Shown here: piece by piece, positions 61,035-64,000 of the stretch
Layout: the number at the start of each line of letters is the position of its first letter
Numbering within the stretch: the first letter of the stretch is position 1
NCBI RefSeq assembly: GCF_963921235.1
Contig: NC_086108.1
Location: forward strand, 6,882,001 to 6,946,000
Reading direction: 5' to 3'
Length of the DNA stretch: 64,000 bases
Origin: Mobula hypostoma
Lineage: Eukaryota
The notes under the pieces: model-generated
What the model was told of the DNA's origin: nothing
What the model saw: the letters and a program-made list of their open reading frames with translations, nothing else
Databases searched by the model: none
Program-made: the position numbers and the translations under genes

Positions 61035-61300
61035 TAGTGCCGGAGGGGGTGGGGTTGGCAGACCAACATCGGGAGTCTTACCGCCACCAACTGAGCCGGA
61101 GTGCGGAGCAACGGGACCGGAAGTTGGTCCGTCCCTTCCCCCCCCCCGGCGGAATTGGTCCGTCCCCCCGCCCCCCCCGAAACAGTTGGTCTGTCCCGTC
61201 ACCCCTCTCCCACGGTGGAATTGGTCTATCCCGTTGCCTTGGTGAGCCGGTTGCCCGGATGTGGTTTGCGGTTCCCGGATGTGGTGGGGAGAGCGACAGG
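61035..61300 (+). promoter_or_regulatory. CpG-rich promoter-like island with ETS motifs and a candidate first-exon donor
   Basis: High CpG density in an otherwise CpG-poor window; CCGGAAGT 61117-61124; CCGGATGT 61255 and 61275; TTG|GTGAGC at 61241/61242. Confidence 0.55.
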
Positions 61301-61319
61301 AGGAGGTAGGAGGCGTCAA

Positions 61320-61860
61320 GGGGGAGGAGGGAGAGGGGAGAGCGAGGGGGTAGGGAGGAGAGGAGGGGTTGAGGGGCTAGAGAGGAGTGAAGTGAGGAGA
61401 GGAGGGGTAGAGGGGGTGGAGAGGAGGGGTAGAGGGGGTGGAGCGGAGGGGTAGAGAGGAGGGGTGGAGAGGAGCAGAGGGGTAGAGGGGGTAGAGAGGA
61501 GAGGAGGGGTGGAGAGGAGAGGAGGGGTAGAGAGGGATGGAGAGGAGAGGAGGGGTGGAGAGGAGAGGAGGGGTAGAGAGGGATGGAGAGGAGAGGAGGG
61601 GTGGAGAGGAGAGGAGGGGTAGAGAGGGATGGAGAGGAGAGGAGGGGTGGAGAGGAGAGGAGGGGTGGAGAGGAGAGGAGGGGTAGAGGGGGATGGAGAG
61701 GAGAGGAGGGGTGGAGAGGAGCAGAGGGGTAGAGGGGGTAGAGAGGAGAGGAGGGGTGGAGAGGAGAGGAGGGGTGGAGGGGGATGGAGAGGAGAGGAGG
61801 GGTGGAGAGGAGAGGAGGGGTGGAGAGGAGAGGAAGGGTAGAGGAGAGGGGTGGAGGTAT
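61320..61860. repeat. Polypurine GGAGA/GGGGT low-complexity repeat
   Basis: Units such as GGAGAGGAGAGGAGGGGT repeated; almost no C. Confidence 0.95.
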
Positions 61861-62794
61861 GGGAGTGAGGGGAGGGGTGGGGTTAGGGAGTTGAGAGGAA
61901 AGTGGTGGGGAAGAGGATGGAGTGGGGGTGAGAGAGGGGAGAGGAATATTGGTTCTGTGTCAGTTAGAAGAAAGAGTGTTAAATACTTTGAGGATATTTC
62001 TGCTCATAAAGCTGCTAGTATGTATTGCCAGCTGTGGGTGTCAGCGAGGTGCTGTGCTTGGTCCTGAGGAATGGCTCTGTCCAGTCATACCACAGTGGGT
62101 TGACCTGAGACCCAACTCAGTGTGGGTGGGGGTGTTGGGGGAAATGAGTGATTTGGCTTCCGTAATGCTGATACTAATAAAGAGGAAAGTTACATCAAAT
62201 ACCTGATAAGCTGTAGGAAAAAGCTTTGAGTTCTCTCACACCAGCTCATGGTCACTGAAGTGTTGGAGTGATTAAAACCGGAGGGCTAAGTCTTGGTAGA
62301 ATTAGGATCTAATTTAGTCTATTGCTGTCACATGAAGCTGACAGGAAACAGTTTGCACAGTCATCATCATCATCGTTATGGTGGTCTGATGTGGGCGATC
62401 ATGGTCCTTCCATGACCATGATTGTTCTTGGCAGATTTTTCTACAGATGTGGTTTGTCATTGGCTTCTGGGAGGTATCTTTACAAGACGGGTGACCCCAG
62501 CCATTATCAATACTCTTCAGAGATTGTCTGCCTGGTGTCAGTGGTCACATAACCAGGACTTGTGATATGTGTCAGCTGCTCATATGACCATCCACCACCT
62601 GATCCCATGTTTCCATGCGACCCTGAACCAGGGTGGGAGTGGTTAAACACCTTGCCCAAAGGTGACCTAAAGGCTAGTGGAGAGAAGGAGCACCTTATAC
62701 CTGTCTTTGGTAAAGACGTATCCCTACCCTGCCTCTCAAAATACCCCAACAAATATAGTCGGCACACAAAAAAACAGAATGCTGGGAAGATCGC

Positions 62795-63540
62795 AGTGCA
62801 GTGAACATCAGTAAGACGAAAGAGCTTATTGTCGACTTCAGGAAGGGTAAAACGAAAGAACACACACTGGTCCTCATAGAGGGATCAGAAGTGGAGAGGG
62901 TGAGCAGTTTCCTGGATGTCAGCATCTCTGAGGATCTAACCTGATCCCAACATATCAGTGCCGAAGAAGGCAAGGCAGCGGGTATATTTCATCAGGAGTT
63001 TGAGGAGTTGGAATGTCACCTAAATCACTCACAAATTTCTACAGATGGACTGTGGAGATCATTCTAACTGGCTGCATCACCGTCTGGTATGGGAGGGGGA
63101 GGGTCTACTGCACAGGATTGAAATAAGCTGCAGAGAGTTGTGAACTCAGTCTGCTCCATCATGGGCACCAGCCTCCGTAATATCCAAGACATCTTCCAGG
63201 AACGGTGCCTCAAAAAGGTGACGTCTATCATTACGGATGCCACCACCCAGGACGTGCCCTCTTCTCATTGCTACCATCAGGGAGGAGGTACAGGAGCCTG
63301 AAGACACACACTCAATGATTCAGGAACAGCTTCTTCCCCTCTGCCATCAGATTTCTGAATGGACATTGAACCCATGAACACTACCTCACTACTTTCTGTT
63401 TTTACGTTTGCACTGTTTATTTAACTATTTATATACAAAATTGACATTTTTTTCTCGATCATGTATTGCATTGTACTGCTGCTGCAAAGTTAACAAATTT
63501 CATGATGTGCCAGTGATAACAAACCTGATTCTGATTCAGT
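62795..63540 (+). mobile_element. Rex1/Babar-type LINE 3' fragment
   Basis: Collinear with 58690-59409; tail cctgattctgattc. Confidence 0.85.
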
Positions 63541-64000
63541 CTGAGGTAGCATCAAATTAAAGTAACAGTGACAATAACAGAGAGTCAGAGAACGAGGCAG
63601 CCCCACTGGTGGATGTGAGAGAGGTGGCCGGTTCAGGAGTCTGACAGCAAGTGGGGAAGAAGCTGTTCCTGCGTCTGGGTGTGAACTGTGCAGGAGCTGC
63701 AGTACCACTGTCTTCTACAACACAATGTCATCATTTCCAAAAGATCCCACTCGAAGCAATTCTGAGAGTGTAGTGAGAGTTGCTCGATGGGAAATCCAGC
63801 AGGCAAGTTGGGTACAGACTGAATCCGTAAACAGTTTGACAGTGCTGGGCCTCTGCGGGCTGCAGTTTAGAATGACGAAGGGGAACTCATTGAAACTAAG
63901 TGGATGTGCAGCGTATAAGGGGGGAGGTTCTAGATACAGTATAATGGGGGGGGGGTTCTAGATATAGTGTGGATTAGACTGTCCCAGCCCTTCGAGCCAC

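Overview
Eukaryotic (vertebrate) genomic DNA, not prokaryotic. The repeat content (abundant CR1, Rex1/Babar, RTE, Neptune-type Penelope, tRNA-SINEs, Tc1) suggests a cartilaginous fish, probably a ray (inference). The left half (1345-~29720, + strand) holds the last coding exons and 3'UTR of a non-muscle alpha-actinin, best matching ACTN4. This includes both mutually exclusive EF-hand exons (19a and 19b) with readable splicing-control architecture: distant branch points, >200-nt AG-free zones, RBFOX/CAC clusters, and a predicted 19b branch point only 42 nt from the 19a donor. The right half is a transposon-dense interval with nested CR1 LINEs, a Penelope-like RT/GIY-YIG element, Penelope pseudo-LTRs carrying minimal hammerhead ribozymes, two non-autonomous RTE-derived families with structured 5' ends (ribozyme candidates), solo LTRs, tiny hAT MITEs and tandem repeats. 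It also contains four extended CTCF motifs and a CpG/ETS promoter-like island near 61.1 kb. Most ORFs in the supplied track are TE remnants or chance ORFs. TE boundaries are approximate unless a TSD is quoted. All comparisons to known proteins and families are from memory, not from searches.
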